Positions 39,201 to 53,535 of a stretch of DNA of 64,000 bases are shown one piece after another (the stretch's first letter is position 1; each line of letters opens with the position of its first letter). The position numbers were made by a program, and so were the translations under genes. Source of the stretch: Eledone cirrhosa (Eukaryota); contig OZ024742.1 in the NCBI GenBank assembly GCA_964016885.1, positions 167,338,001 through 167,402,000 on the forward strand. Direction: 5' to 3'. The notes beneath the pieces were generated by a model. It made no database searches. It was not told the DNA's origin and was given only the letters and a program-made list of their open reading frames with translations.

Positions 39201-42200
39201 TTGTAAAAAAATCAGGGGGAGATAATTTGTAAAAAAAAATCAGGGGGAGATAATTTGTAAAAAAAAATCAGGGGGAGATAATTTGTAAAAAAAAATCAGG
39301 GGGAGATAATTTGTAAAAAAAATCAGGGGGAGATAATTTGTAAAAAAAATCAAGGGGAGATAATTTCCAGCCGTCCAAGGGGAGATAATTTTCAGCCGTC
39401 CAAGGGGAGATAATTTCCAGCCGTCCAAGGGGAGATAATTTCCATCCTTCCAAGGGGAGATAATTTCCAGCCGTCCAAGGGGAGATAATTTTCAGCCGTC
39501 CAAGGGGAGATAATTTCCCGCCAGCCAAGGGAAGATAATATTTTAAAAAATCAGGCGGAGATAATTTGTAAAAAAAATCAGGGGGAGATAATTTGTAAAA
39601 AAATCAGGGGGAGATAATTTGTAAAAAAAAAATCAGGGGGCGATAATTTGTAAAAAAAATCAGGGGGAGATAATTTGTAAAAAAAAATCAGGGGTAGATA
39701 ATTTGTAAAAAAAAATCAGGGGGAGATAATTTGTAAAAAAAAAATCAGGGGGAGATAATTTGTAAAAAAAATCAAGGGGAGATAATTTCCAGCCGTCCAA
39801 GGAGAGATAATTTAAAAAAAAAATCAGGCGGAGATAATTTGTAAAAAAAATCAAGGGGAGATAATTTGTAAAAAAAAATCAGGGGGAGATAATTTGTAAA
39901 AAAAATCAAGGGGAGATAATTTCCAGCCGTCCAAGGGAAGATAATTTCCAGCACTCCAACGGGCTATAATTTGCAGTGTCCAAGGGGAGATAATTTCCAG
40001 CCAGCGAAGGGGAGATAATTTTTTTAAAAAAATCAGGGGGAGATATGTAAAAAAAATCAGAGGGAGATAATTTCTAAAAAAAATCAAAGGGAGATAATTT
40101 CCAGCCGTCCAAAGAGAGATAATTTCTAGCCGTCCAAGGGGAGATAATTTCCAGCCAAGGGGAGATAATTTCCAGCCGTCCAAGGGGAGATAATTATTTA
40201 AAAAATCAGGTGGAGATAATTTTTAAAAAAAAATCAGGGGGAGATAATTTGTAAAAAAAAATCAGGGGGAGATAATTTGTAAAAAAAATCAAGGGGAGAT
40301 AATTTGTAAAAAAAAATCAAGGGGAGATAATTTCCAGCCGTCCAAGGGGAGATAATTTTCAGCCGTCCAAGGGGAGATAATTTCCCGCCAGCCAAGGAAA
40401 GATAATATTTAAAAAAATCAGGCGGAGATAATTTGTAAAAAAAATCAGGGGGAGATAATTTGTAAAAAAATCAGGGGGAGATAATTTGTAAAAAAAAAAT
40501 CAGGGGGAGATAATTTGTAAAAAAAATCAGGGGGAGATAATTTGTAAAAAGAAATCAGGGGGAGATAATTTGTAAAAAAAAATCAGGGGGAGATAATTTG
40601 TAAAAAAAATCAATTGGAGATAATTTCCAGCCGTCCAAGGGGAGATAATTTTCAGCCGTCCAAGGAGAGGTAATTTCTAGACGTCCAAGGGGAGATAATT
40701 TCCAGCCGTCCAAGGGGAGATAATTTCCAGCCGTCCAAGGGTAGATAATATCCAGCCGTCCAAGGAGACATATTTTCCAGCTTTCCAAGGAGAGGTAATT
40801 TCTAGCCGTCCAAGGGGAGATAAATTCCAGCCTCCAAGGGGAGATAATTTCCAGCCAGCCAAGGGGAGATAATTTGTAAAAAAATCAGGGGGAGATAATT
40901 TGTAAAAAAAAATCAGGGGCAGATAATTTGTAAAAAAAATCAGGAGGAGATAATTTGTAAAAAAAATCAGGGGGAGATAATTTGTAAAAAAAATCAAGGG
41001 GAGATAATTTCCAGCCGTCCAAGGGGAGATAATTTTCAGCCGTCCAAGGGGAGATAATTTCCCGCCAGCCAAGGGAAGATAATATTTAAAAAATGAGGCG
41101 GAGATAATTTGTAAAAAAAATCAGGGGGAGATAATTTGTAAAAAAATCAGGGGGAGATAATTTGTAAAAAAAAAATCAGGGAGAGATAATTTGTAAAAAA
41201 AATCAGGGGGAGATAATTTGTAAAAAAAAATCAGGGGTAGATAATTTGTAAAAAAAAATCAGGGTGAGATAATTTGTAAAAAAAATCAAGGGGAGATAAT
41301 TTCCAGCCGTCCAAGGGAAGATAATTTCAAGCCCTCCAAGGGGCTATAATTTCCAGTGTCCAAGGGGAGATAATTTCCAGCCAGCGAAGGGGAGATAATT
41401 TTTTTTTTTAAATCAGGGGGAGATTTGTACAAAAAATCAGGGGGAGATAATTTGTAAAAAAAATCAAAGGGAGATAATTTCCAGCCGTCCAAAGAGAGAT
41501 AATTTCTAGCCGTCCAAGGGGAGATAATTTCGAGCCAAGCGGAGATAATTTCCAGCCGTCCAAGGGGAGATAATTTTTTAAAAAATCAGGTGGAGATAAT
41601 TTGTAAAAAAAATCAGGGGGAGATAATTTGTAAAAACAAAATCAAGGGCAGATAATTTCCAGCTGTCCAAGGGGAGATAATTTCCAGCCGTGCAAGGGGA
41701 GATAATTTCCAGCCGTCCAAGGGGAGATAATTTCCATCCTTCCAAGGGGAGATAATTTCCAGCCGTCCAAGGGGAGATAATTTCCCGCCAGCCAAGGGAA
41801 GATAATTTTTTAAAAAATCAGGCGGAGATTGTAAAAAAAATCAGGGGGAGATAATTTGTAAAAAAATCAGGGGGAGATAATTTGTAAAAAAATCAAGGGG
41901 AGATAATTTCCAGCTGTCCAAAGGGAGGTAATATCTAGCCGTCCAAGGGGAGATAATTTCCAGCCGTCCAAGGGGAGATAATTTCCAGCCGTCCAAGGGT
42001 AGATAATATCCAGCCGTCCAAGGAGACATATTTTCCAGCCGTCCAAGGAGAGGTAATTTCTAGCCGTCCAAGTGGAGATAAATTCCAGCCTCCAAGGGGA
42101 GGGTAGATAATATCCAGCCGTCCAAGGAGACATATTTTCCAGCTTTCCAAGGAGAGGTAATTTCTAGCCGTCCAAGGGGAGATAAATTCCAGCCTCCAAG

Positions 42201-45200
42201 GGGAGATAATTTCCAGCCAGCCAAGGGGAGATAATTTGTAAAAAAATCAGGGGGAGATAATTTGTAAAAAAAAATCAGGGGCAGATAATTTGTAAAAAAA
42301 ATCAGGAGATAATTTGTAAAAAAAATCAGGGGGAGATAATTTGTAAAAAAAATCAAGGGGAGATAATTTCCAGCCGTCCAAGGGGAGATAATTTTCAGCC
42401 GTCCAAGGGGAGATAATTTCCCGCCAGCCAAGGGAAGATAATATTTAAAAAATGAGGCGGAGATAATTTGTAAAAAAAATCAGGGGGAGATAATTTGTAA
42501 AAAAATCAGGGGGAGATAATTTGTAAAAAAAAAATCAGGGAGAGATAATTTGTAAAAAAAATCAGGGGGAGATAATTTGTAAAAAAAAATCAGGGGTAGA
42601 TAATTTGTAAAAAAAATCAGGGGGAGATAATTTGTAAAAAAAATCAGGGTGAGATAATTTGTAAAAAAAATCAAGGGGAGATAATTTCCAGCCGTCCAAG
42701 GGAAGATAATTTCAAGCCCTCCAAGGGGCTATAATTTCCAGTGTCCAAGGGGAGATAATTTCCAGCCAGCGAAGGGGAGATAATTTTTTTTTTTAAATCA
42801 GGGGGAGATTTGTACAAAAAATCAGGGGGAGATAATTTGTAAAAAAAATCAAAGGGAGATAATTTCCAGCCGTCCAAAGAGAGATAATTTCTAGCCGTCC
42901 AAGGGGAGATAATTTCGAGCCAAGCGGAGATAATTTCCAGCCGTCCAAGGGGAGATTTTTTTTTAAAAAATCAGGTGGAGATAATTTGTAAAAAAAATCA
43001 GGGGGAGATAATTTGTAAAAACAAAATCAAGGGCAGATAATTTCCAGCTGTCCAAGGGGAGATAATTTCCAGCCGTGCAAGGGGAGATAATTTCCAGCCG
43101 TCCAAGGGGAGATAATTTCCATCCTTCCAAGGGGAGATAATTTCCAGCCGTCCAAGGGGAGATAATTTCCCGCCAGCCAAGGGAAGATAATTTTTTAAAA
43201 AATCAGGCGGAGATTGTAAAAAAAATCAGGGGGAGATAATTTGTAAAAAAATCAGGGGGAGATAATTTGTAAAAAAATCAAGGGGAGATAATTTCCAGCT
43301 GTCCAAAGGGAGGTAATATCTAGCCGTCCAAGGGGAGATAATTTCCAGCCGTCCAAGGGGAGATAATTTCCAGCCGTCCAAGGGTAGATAATATCCAGCC
43401 GTCCAAGGAGACATATTTTCCAGCCGTCCAAGGAGAGGTAATTTCTAGCCGTCCAAGTGGAGATAAATTCCAGCCTCCAAGGGGAGATAATTTCCAGCCA
43501 GCCAAGGGGAGATAATTTGTAAAAAAATCAGGGGGAGATAATTTGTAAAAAAAATCAGGGGGAGATAATTTGTAAAAAAAAATCAGGGGGAGATAATTTG
43601 TAAAAAAAATCAGGGGGAGATAATTTGTAAAAAAAATCAAGGGGAGATAATTTCCAGCCGTCCAAGGAGAGATAATTTAAAAAAAAAATCAGGCGGAGAT
43701 AATTTGTAAAAAAAAATCAGGGGGAGATAATTTGTAAAAAAAAATCAGGGGGAGATAATTTGTAAAAAAAATCAAGGGGAGATAATTTCCAGCCGTCCAA
43801 GGGGAGATAATTTTCAGCCGTCCAAGGGGAGATAATTTCCAGCCGTCCAAGGGGAGATAATTTGAAAAAAAAATCAGGCGGAGATAATTTGTAAAAAAAA
43901 TCAAGGGGAGATAATTTGCAACCGTCCAAGGGGACATAATTTTCAGTCGTCCAAGGAGAGGTAATTTCTAGCCGTACAAGGGGAGATAATTTCCAGCCGT
44001 CCAAGGGGAGATAATTTCCAGCCGTCCAAGGGGAGATAATTTTTTTTTAAAAATCAGGCGGAGATAATTTGTAAAAAAAAAATCAGGGGGAGATAATTTG
44101 TAAAAAAAAATCAGGGGGAGATAATTTGTAAAAAAAATCAGGGGGAGATAATTTGTAAAAAAAATCAAGGGGAGATAATTTCCAGCCGTCCAAGGGAAGA
44201 TAATTTCCAGCCCTCCAAGGGGCTATAATTTCCAGCGTCCAAGAGGAGATAATTTCCAGCCAGCGAAGGGGAGATAATTGTTTTAAAAAAATCATTGGGA
44301 GATTTGTAAAAAAAATCAGGGGGAGATAATTAATAAAAAAAATCAAGGGGAGATAATTTCCAGCCGTCCAAGGGGAGGTAATATCTAGCCGTCCAAGGGG
44401 AGATAATTTCCAGCCGTCCAAGGGGAGATAATTTCCAGCCGTCCAAGGGTAGATAATATCCAGCCGTCCAAGTAGACATTTTCCAGCCGTCCAAGGAGAG
44501 GTAATTTCTAGCCGTCCAAGGGGAGATAAATTCCAGCCTCCAAGGGGAGATAATTTCCAGCCAGCCAAGGGGAGATAATTTGTAAAAAAAATCAGGGGGA
44601 GATAATTTGTAAAAAAAAATCAGGGGGAGATAATTTGTAAAAAAAAATCAGGGGGAGATAATTTGTAAAAAAAAATCAGGGGGAGATAATTTGTAAAAAA
44701 AATCAAGGGGAGATAATTTCCAGCCGTCCAAGGGGAGATAATTTTCAGCCGTCCAAGGGGAGATAATTTCCAGCCGTCCAAGGGGAGATAATTTCCATCC
44801 TTCCAAGGGGAGATAATTTCCAGCCGTCCAAGGGGAGATAATTTCCCGCCAACCAAGGGAAGATAATTTTTAAAAAAATCAGGCGGAGATTGTAAAAAAA
44901 ATCAGGGGGAGATAATTTGTAAAAAAAAAATCAGGGGGAGATAATTTGTAAAAAAAATCAGGGGGAGATAATTTGTAAAAAAAAATCAAGGGGAGATAAT
45001 TTGTACAAAAAATCAGGGGTATATAATTTGTAAAAAAAAATCAGGGGGAGATAATTTGTAAAAAAAAATCAGGGGGAGATAATTTGTAAAAAAAATCAAG
45101 GGGAGATAATTTGCAGCCGTCCAAGGGGAGATAATTTTCAGCCGTCCAAGGAGAGGTAATTTCTAGTCGTCCAAGGTGAGATAATATCCAGCCGTCCAAG

Positions 45201-48200
45201 GGGAGATAATTTCCAGCCGTCCAAGGGGAGATAATTTTTAAAAAAAAACAGGCGAAGATAATTTGTAAAAAAAAAATCAGGGGGAGATAATTTGTAAAAA
45301 AAAATCAGGGGGAGATAATTTGTAAAAAAAAATCAGGGGGAGGTAATTTGTGAAAAAAAATCAAGGGGAGATAATTTCCAGCCGTCCAAGGGAAGATAAT
45401 TTCCAGCCCTCCAAGGGGCTATAATTTCCAGCGTCCAAGGGGAGATAATTTCCAGCCAGCGAAGGGGAGATAATTTTTTTTTTTTTAAATCAGGGGGAGA
45501 TAATTTGTAAAAAAAAATCAGGGGGAGATAATTTCCAGCCGTCCAAGGGGAGATAATTTTCAGCCGTCCAAGGGGAGATAATTTTCAGCCGTCCAAGGGG
45601 AGATAATTTCCCGCCAGCCAAGGAAAGATAATATTTAAAAAAATCAGGCGGAGATAATTTGTAAAAAAAAATCAGGGGGAGATAATTTGTAAAAAAAATC
45701 AATTGGAGATAATTTCCAGCCGTCCAAGGGGAGATAATTTTCAGCCGTCCAAGGAGAGGTAATTTCTAGACGTCCAAGGGGAGATAATTTCCAGCCGTCC
45801 AAGGGGAGATAATTTCCAGCCGTCCAAGGGTAGATAATATCCAGCCGTCCAAGGAGACATATTTTCCAGCTTTCCAAGGAGAGGTAATTTCTAGCCGTCC
45901 AAGGGGAGATAAATTCCAGCCTCCAAGGGGAGATAATTTCCAGCCAGCCAAGGGGAGATAATTTGTAAAAAAATCAGGGGGAGATAATTTGTAAAAAAAA
46001 ATCAGGGGCAGATAATTTGTAAAAAAAATCAGGGGGAGATAATTTGTAAAAAATATCAGGGGGAGATAATTTGTAAAAAAAATCAAGGGGAGATAATTTC
46101 CAGCCGTCCAAGGGGAGATAATTTTCAGCCGTCCAAGGGGAGATAATTTCCCGCCAGCCAAGGGAAGATAATATTTAAAAAATGAGGCGGAGATAATTTG
46201 TAAAAAAAATCAGGGGGAGATAATTTGTAAAAAAATCAGGGGGAGATAATTTGTAAAAAAAAAATCAGGGAGAGATAATTTGTAAAAAAAATCAGGGGGA
46301 GATAATTTGTAAAAAAAAATCAGGGGTAGATAATTTGTAAAAAAAAATCAGGGGGAGATAATTTGTAAAAAAAATCAGGGGGAGATAATTTGTAAAAAAA
46401 ATCAAGGGGAGATAATTTCCAGCCGTCCAAGGGAAGATAATTTCAAGCCCTCCAAGGGGCTATAATTTCCAGTGTCCAAGGGGAGATAATTTCCAGCCAG
46501 CGAAGGGGAGATAATTTTTTTTTTTAAATCAGTGGGAGATTTGTACAAAAAATCAGGGGGAGATAATTTGTAAAAAAAATCAAAGGGAGATAATTTCCAG
46601 CCGTCCAAAGAGAGATAATTTCTAGCCGTCCAAGGGGAGATAATTTCGAGCCAAGGGGAGATAATTTCCAGCCGTCCAAGGGGAGATAATTTTTTAAAAA
46701 ATCAGGTGGAGATAATTTGTAAAAAAAATCAGGGGGAGATAATTTGTAAAAACAAAATCAAGGGCAGATAATTTCCAGCTGTCCAAGGGGAGATAATTTC
46801 CAGCCGTGCAAGGGGAGATAATTTCCAGCCGTCCAAGGGGAGATAATTTCCATCCTTCCAAGGGGAGATAATTTCCAGCCGTCCAAGGGGAGATAATTTC
46901 CCGCCAGCCAAGGGAAGATAATTTTTTAAAAAATCAGGCGGAGATTGTAAAAAAAATCAGGGGGAGATAATTTGTAAAAAAATCAGGGGGAGATAATTTG
47001 TAAAAAAATCAAGGGGAGATAATTTCCAGCTGTCCAAGGGGAGGTAATATCTAGCCGTCCAAGGGGAGATAATTTCCAGCCGTCCAAGGGGAGATAATTT
47101 CCAGCCGTCCAAGGGTAGATAATATCCAGCCGTCCAAGGAGACATATTTTCCAGCCGTCCAAGGAGAGGTAATTTCTAGCCGTCCAAGTGGAGATAAATT
47201 CCAGCCTCCAAGGGGAGATAATTTCCAGCCAGCCAAGGGGAGATAATTTGTAAAAAATTCAGGGGGAGATAATTTGTAAAAAAAATCAGGGGGAGATAAT
47301 TTGTAAAAAAAAATCAGGGGGAGATAATTTGTAAAAAAAATCAGGGGGAGATAATTTGTAAAAAAAATCAAGGGGAGATAATTTCCAGCCGTCCAAGGAG
47401 AGATAATTTAAAAAAAAAATCAGGCGGAGATAATTTGTAAAAAAAAATCAGGGGGAGATAATTTGTAAAAAAAAATCAGGGGGAGATAATTTGTAAAAAA
47501 AATCAAGGGGAGATAATTTCCAGCCGTCCAAGGGGAGATAATTTTCAGCCGTCCAAGGGGAGATAATTTCCAGCCGTCCAAGGGGAGATAATTTAAAAAA
47601 AAAATCAGGCGGAGATAATTTGTAAAAAAAATCAAGGGGAGATAATTTGCAACCGTCCAAGGGGACATAATTTTCAGTCGTCCAAGGAGAGGTAATTTCT
47701 AGCCGTACAAGGGGAGATAATTTCCAGCCGTCCAAGGGGAGATAATTTCCAGCCGTCCAAGGGGAGATAATTTTTTTTTAAAAATCAGGGGGAGATAATT
47801 TGTAAAAAAAAATCAGGGGGAGATAATTTGTAAAAAAAAATCAGGGGGAGATAATTTGTAAAAAAAATCAAGGGGAGATAATTTCCAGCCGTCCAAGGGA
47901 AGATAATTTCCAGCCCTCCAAGGGGCTATAATTTCCAGCGTCCAAGGGGAGATAATTTCCAGCCAGCGAAGGGGAGATAATTGTTTTAAAAAAATCATTG
48001 GGAGATTTGTAAAAAAAATCAGGGGGAGATAATTAATAAAAAAAATCAAGGGGAGATAATTTCCAGCCGTCCAAGGGGAGGTAATATCTAGCCGTCCAAG
48101 GGGAGATAATTTCCAGCCGTCCAAGGGAGATAATTTCCAGCCGTCCAAGGGTAGATAATATCCAGCCGTCCAAGGAGACATATTTTCCAGCCGTCCAAGG

Positions 48201-51200
48201 AGAGGTAATTTCTAGCCGTCCAAGGGGAGATAAATTCCAGCCTCCAAGGGGAGATAATTTCCAGCCAGCCAAGGGGAGATAATTTGTAAAAAAATCAGGG
48301 GGAGATAATTTGTAAAATAAATCAGGGGTAGATAATTTGTAAAAAAAAATCAGGGGGAGATAATTTGTAAAAAAAAATCAGGGGGAGATAATATGTAAAA
48401 AAAATCAAGGGGAGATAATTTCCAGCCGTCCAAGGAGAGATAATTTTAAAAAAAAATCAGGCGGAGATAATTTGTAAAAAAAAATCAGGGGGAGATAATT
48501 TGTAAAAAAAAATCAGGGGGAGATAATTTGTAAAAAAAATCAAGGGGAGATAATTTCCAGCCGTCCAAGGGGAGATAATTTCCAGCCGTCCAAGGGGAAA
48601 TAATTTTTTTAAAAAAATCAGGCGGAGATAATTTGTAAAAAAAATCAGGGGGAGATAATTTGTAAAAAAAAATCAGGGGGAGATAATTTGTAAAAAAAAA
48701 TCAGGGGTAGATAATTTCCAGCCGTCCAAGGTAAGATAATTTCCAGCCCTCCAAGGGGCTATAATTTCCAGCATCCAAGGGGAGATAATTTCCAGCCGTC
48801 CAATGGTAGATAATATCCAGCCGTCCAAGTAGACATTTTCCAGCCGTCCAAGGAGAGGTAATTTCTAGCCGTCCAAGGGGAGATAAATTCCAGCCTCCAA
48901 GGGGAGATAATTTCCAGCCAGCCAAGGGGAGATAATTTGTAAAAAAATCAGGGGGAGATAATTTGTAAAAAAAATCAGGGGGAGATAATTTGTAAAAAAA
49001 ATCAGGGGGAGATAATTTGTAAAAAAAAATCAGGGGGAGATAATTTGTAAAAAAAAATCAGGGGGAGATAATTTGTAAAAAAAATCAAGGGGAGATAATT
49101 TCCAGCCGTCCAAGGGGAGATAATTTTCAGCCGTCCAAGGGGAGATAATTTCCAGCCGTCCAAGGGGAGATAATTTCCATCCTTCCAAGGGGAGATAATT
49201 TCCAGCCGTCCAAGGGGAGATAATTTTCAGTCGTCCAAGGGGAGATAATTTCCCGCCAGCCAAGGGAAGATAATATTTTAAAAAATCAGGCGGAGATAAT
49301 TTGTAAAAAAAATCAGGGGGAGATAATTTGTAAAAAAATCAGGGGGAGATAATTTGTAAAAAAAAAATCAGGGGGAGATAATTTGTAAAAAAAATCAGGG
49401 GGAGATAATTTGTAAAAAAAAAATCAGGGGTAGATAATTTGTAAAAAAAAATCAGGGGGAGATAATTTGTAAAAAAAAAATCAGGGGGAGATAATTTGTA
49501 AAAAAAATCAGGGGGAGATAATTTGTAAAAAAAAATCAGGGGGAGATAATTTCCAGCCGTCCAAGGGGAGATAATTTTCAGCCGTCCAAGGGGAGATAAT
49601 TTCCCGCCAGCCAAGGGAAGATAATATTTAAAAAAATCAGGCGGAGATAATTTGTAAAAAAAATCAGGGGGAGATAATTTGTAAAAAAATCAGGGGGAGA
49701 TAATTTGTAAAAAAAATCAAGGGGAGATAATTTCCAGCCGTCCAAGGGGAGGTAATATCTAGCCGTCCAAGGGGAGATAATTTCCAGCCGTCCAACAGGA
49801 GATAATTTCCAGCCGTCCAAGGGTAGATAATATCCAGCCGTCCAAGGAGACATATTTTCCAGCCGTCCAAGGAGAGGTAATTTCTAGCCGTCCAAGGGGA
49901 GATAAATTCCAGCCTCCAAGGGGAGATAATTTCCAGCCAGCCAAGGGGAGATAATTTGTAAAAAAAATCAGGGGGAGATAATTTGTAAAAAAAATCAGGG
50001 GTAGATAATTTGTAAAAAAAAATCAGGGGGAGATAATTTGTAAAAAAAAATCAGGGGGAGATAATTTGTAAAAAAAATCAAGGGGAGATAATTTCCAGCC
50101 GTCGAAGGGAAGATAATTTCCAGCCCTCCAAGGGGCTATAATTTCCAGCGTCCAAGGGGAGATAATTTCCAGCCGTCCAAGGGGAGATAATTTCCAGCCG
50201 TCCAAGGGTAGATAATATCCAGCCGTCCAAGTAGACATTTTCCAGCCGTCCAAGGAGAGGTAATTTCTAGCCGTCCAAGGGGAGATAAATTCCAGCCTCC
50301 AAGGGAAGATAATTTCCAGCCAGCCAAGGGGAGATAATTTGTAAAAAAAAATCAGGGGGAGATAATTTGTAAAAAAAAATCAGGGGGAGATAATTTGTAA
50401 AAAAAAATCAGGGGGAGATAATTTGTAAAAAAAATCAGGGGGAGATAATTTGTAAAAAAAATCAAGGGGAGATAATTTCCAGCCGTCCAAGGGGAGATAA
50501 TTTTCAGCCGTCCAAGGGGAGATAATTTCCAGCCGTCCAAGGGGAGATAATTTCCATCCTTCCAAGGGGAGATAATTTCCAGCCGTCCAAGGGGAGATAA
50601 TTTTCAGCCGTCCAAGGGGAGATAATTTCCCGCCAGCCAAGGGAAGATAATATTTTAAAAAATCAGGCGGAGATAATTTGTAAAAAAAATCAGGGGGAGA
50701 TAATTTGTAAAAAAATCAGGGGGAGATAATTTGTAAAAAAAAAATCAGGGGGAGATAATTTGTAAAAAAAATCAGGGGGAGATAATTTGTAAAAAAAAAT
50801 CAGGGGTAGATAATTTGTAAAAAAAAATCAGGGGGAGATAATTTGTAAAAAAAAAATCAGGGGGAGATAATTTGTAAAAAAAATCAAGGGGAGATAATTT
50901 CCAGCCGTCCAAGGAGAGATAATTTTAAAAAAAAATCAGGCGGAGATAATTTGTAAAAAAAATCAAGGGGAGATAATTTGTAAAAAAAAATCAGGGGGAG
51001 ATAATTTGTAAAAAAAATCAAGGGGAGATAATTTCCAGCCGTCCAAGGGAAGATAATTTCCAGCACTCCAACGGGCTATAATTTGCAGTGTCCAAGGGGA
51101 GATAATTTCCAGCCAGCGAAGGGGAGATAATTTTTTTAAAAAAATCAGGGGGAGATATGTAAAAAAAATCAGAGGGAGATAATTTCTAAAAAAAATCAAA

Positions 51201-53535
51201 GGGAGATAATTTCCAGCCGTCCAAAGAGAGATAATTTCTAGCCGTCCAAGGGGAGATAATTTCCAGCCAAGGGGAGATAATTTCCAGCCGTCCAAGGGGA
51301 GATAATTATTTAAAAAATCAGGTGGAGATAATTTTTAAAAAAAAATCAGGGGGAGATAATTTGTAAAAAAAAATCAGGGGGAGATAATTTGTAAAAAAAA
51401 TCAAGGGGAGATAATTTGTAAAAAAAAATCAAGGGGAGATAATTTCCAGCCGTCCAAGGGGAGATAATTTTCAGCCGTCCAAGGGGAGATAATTTCCCGC
51501 CAGCCAAGGAAAGATAATATTTAAAAAAATCAGGCGGAGATAATTTGTAAAAAAAATCAGGGGGAGATAATTTGTAAAAAAATCAGGGGGAGATAATTTG
51601 TAAAAAAAAAATCAGGGGGAGATAATTTGTAAAAAAAATCAGGGGGAGATAATTTGTAAAAAAAAATCAGGGGGAGATAATTTGTAAAAAAAAATCAGGG
51701 GGAGATAATTTGTAAAAAAAATCAATTGGAGATAATTTCCAGCCGTCCAAGGGGAGATAATTTTCAGCCGTCCAAGGAGAGGTAATTTCTAGACGTCCAA
51801 GGGGAGATAATTTCCAGCCGTCCAAGGGGAGATAATTTCCAGCCGTCCAAGGGTAGATAATATCCAGCCGTCCAAGGAGACATATTTTCCAGCTTTCCAA
51901 GGAGAGGTAATTTCTAGCCGTCCAAGGGGAGATAAATTCCAGCCTCCAAGGGGAGATAATTTCCAGCCAGCCAAGGGGAGATAATTTGTAAAAAAATCAG
52001 GGGGAGATAATTTGTAAAAAAAAATCAGGGGCAGATAATTTGTAAAAAAAATCAGGAGGAGATAATTTGTAAAAAAAATCAGGGGGAGATAATTTGTAAA
52101 AAAAATCAAGGGGAGATAATTTCCAGCCGTCCAAGGGGAGATAATTTTCAGCCGTCCAAGGGGAGATAATTTCCCGCCAGCCAAGGGAAGATAATATTTA
52201 AAAAATGAGGCGGAGATAATTTGTAAAAAAAATCAGGGGGAGATAATTTGTAAAAAAATCAGGGGGAGATAATTTGTAAAAAAAAAATCAGGGAGAGATA
52301 ATTTGTAAAAAAAATCAGGGGGAGATAATTTGTAAAAAAAAATCAGGGGTAGATAATTTGTAAAAAAAAATCAGGGGGAGATAATTTGTAAAAAAAATCA
52401 GGGTGAGATAATTTGTAAAAAAAATCAAGGGGAGATAATTTCCAGCCGTCCAAGGGAAGATAATTTCAAGCCCTCCAAGGGGCTATAATTTCCAGTGTCC
52501 AAGGGGAGATAATTTCCAGCCAGCGAAGGGGAGATAATTTTTTTTTTAAATCAGGGGGAGATTTGTACAAAAAATCAGGGGGAGATAATTTGTAAAAAAA
52601 ATCAAAGGGAGATAATTTCCAGCCGTCCAAAGAGAGATAATTTCTAGCCGTCCAAGGGGAGATAATTTCGAGCCAAGCGGAGATAATTTCCAGCCGTCCA
52701 AGGGGAGATAATTTTTTAAAAAATCAGGTGGAGATAATTTGTAAAAAAAATCAGGGGGAGATAATTTGTAAAAACAAAATCAAGGGCAGATAATTTCCAG
52801 CTGTCCAAGGGGAGATAATTTCCAGCCGTGCAAGGGGAGATAATTTCCAGCCGTCCAAGGGGAGATAATTTCCATCCTTCCAAGGGGAGATAATTTCCAG
52901 CCGTCCAAGGGGAGATAATTTCCCGCCAGCCAAGGGAAGATAATTTTTTAAAAAATCAGGCGGAGATTGTAAAAAAAATCAGGGGGAGATAATTTGTAAA
53001 AAAATCAGGGGGAGATAATTTGTAAAAAAATCAAGGGGAGATAATTTCCAGCTGTCCAAAGGGAGGTAATATCTAGCCGTCCAAGGGGAGATAATTTCCA
53101 GCCGTCCAAGGGGAGATAATTTCCAGCCGTCCAAGGGTAGATAATATCCAGCCGTCCAAGGAGACATATTTTCCAGCCGTCCAAGGAGAGGTAATTTCTA
53201 GCCGTCCAAGTGGAGATAAATTCCAGCCTCCAAGGGGAGGGTAGATAATATCCAGCCGTCCAAGGAGACATATTTTCCAGCTTTCCAAGGAGAGGTAATT
53301 TCTAGCCGTCCAAGGGGAGATAAATTCCAGCCTCCAAGGGGAGATAATTTCCAGCCAGCCAAGGGGAGATAATTTGTAAAAAAATCAGGGGGAGATAATT
53401 TGTAAAAAAAAATCAGGGGCAGATAATTTGTAAAAAAAATCAGGAGATAATTTGTAAAAAAAATCAGGGGGAGATAATTTGTAAAAAAAATCAAGGGGAG
53501 ATAATTTCCAGCCGTCCAAGGGGAGATAATTTTCA
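33205..53535 (+). repeat. Higher-order tandem duplication, period about 11.13 kb (copy 1 ~33205-44335, truncated copy 2 ~44335-53535)
   Basis: Offsets 33490->44620 (11130), 34352->45490 through 38998->50136 (11138), 39268->50380 through 40677->51789 (11112) and 41613->52751 (11138). Shared rare variants: GTGAAAAA (~34212/~45350), CCAATGGTAG (~37662/~48800), CCAACAGG (~38654/~49792), CCAACGGG (~39956/~51068). Confidence 0.92.
40213..44460 (+). repeat. Copy of block ~25590-29840 at offset 14,622-14,623
   Basis: Offsets 25932->40555 and 27437->42060 are 14623, and 29067->43689 and 29461->44083 are 14622. The copy carries the internal 1.39-kb duplication and its junction scar. Confidence 0.88.
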
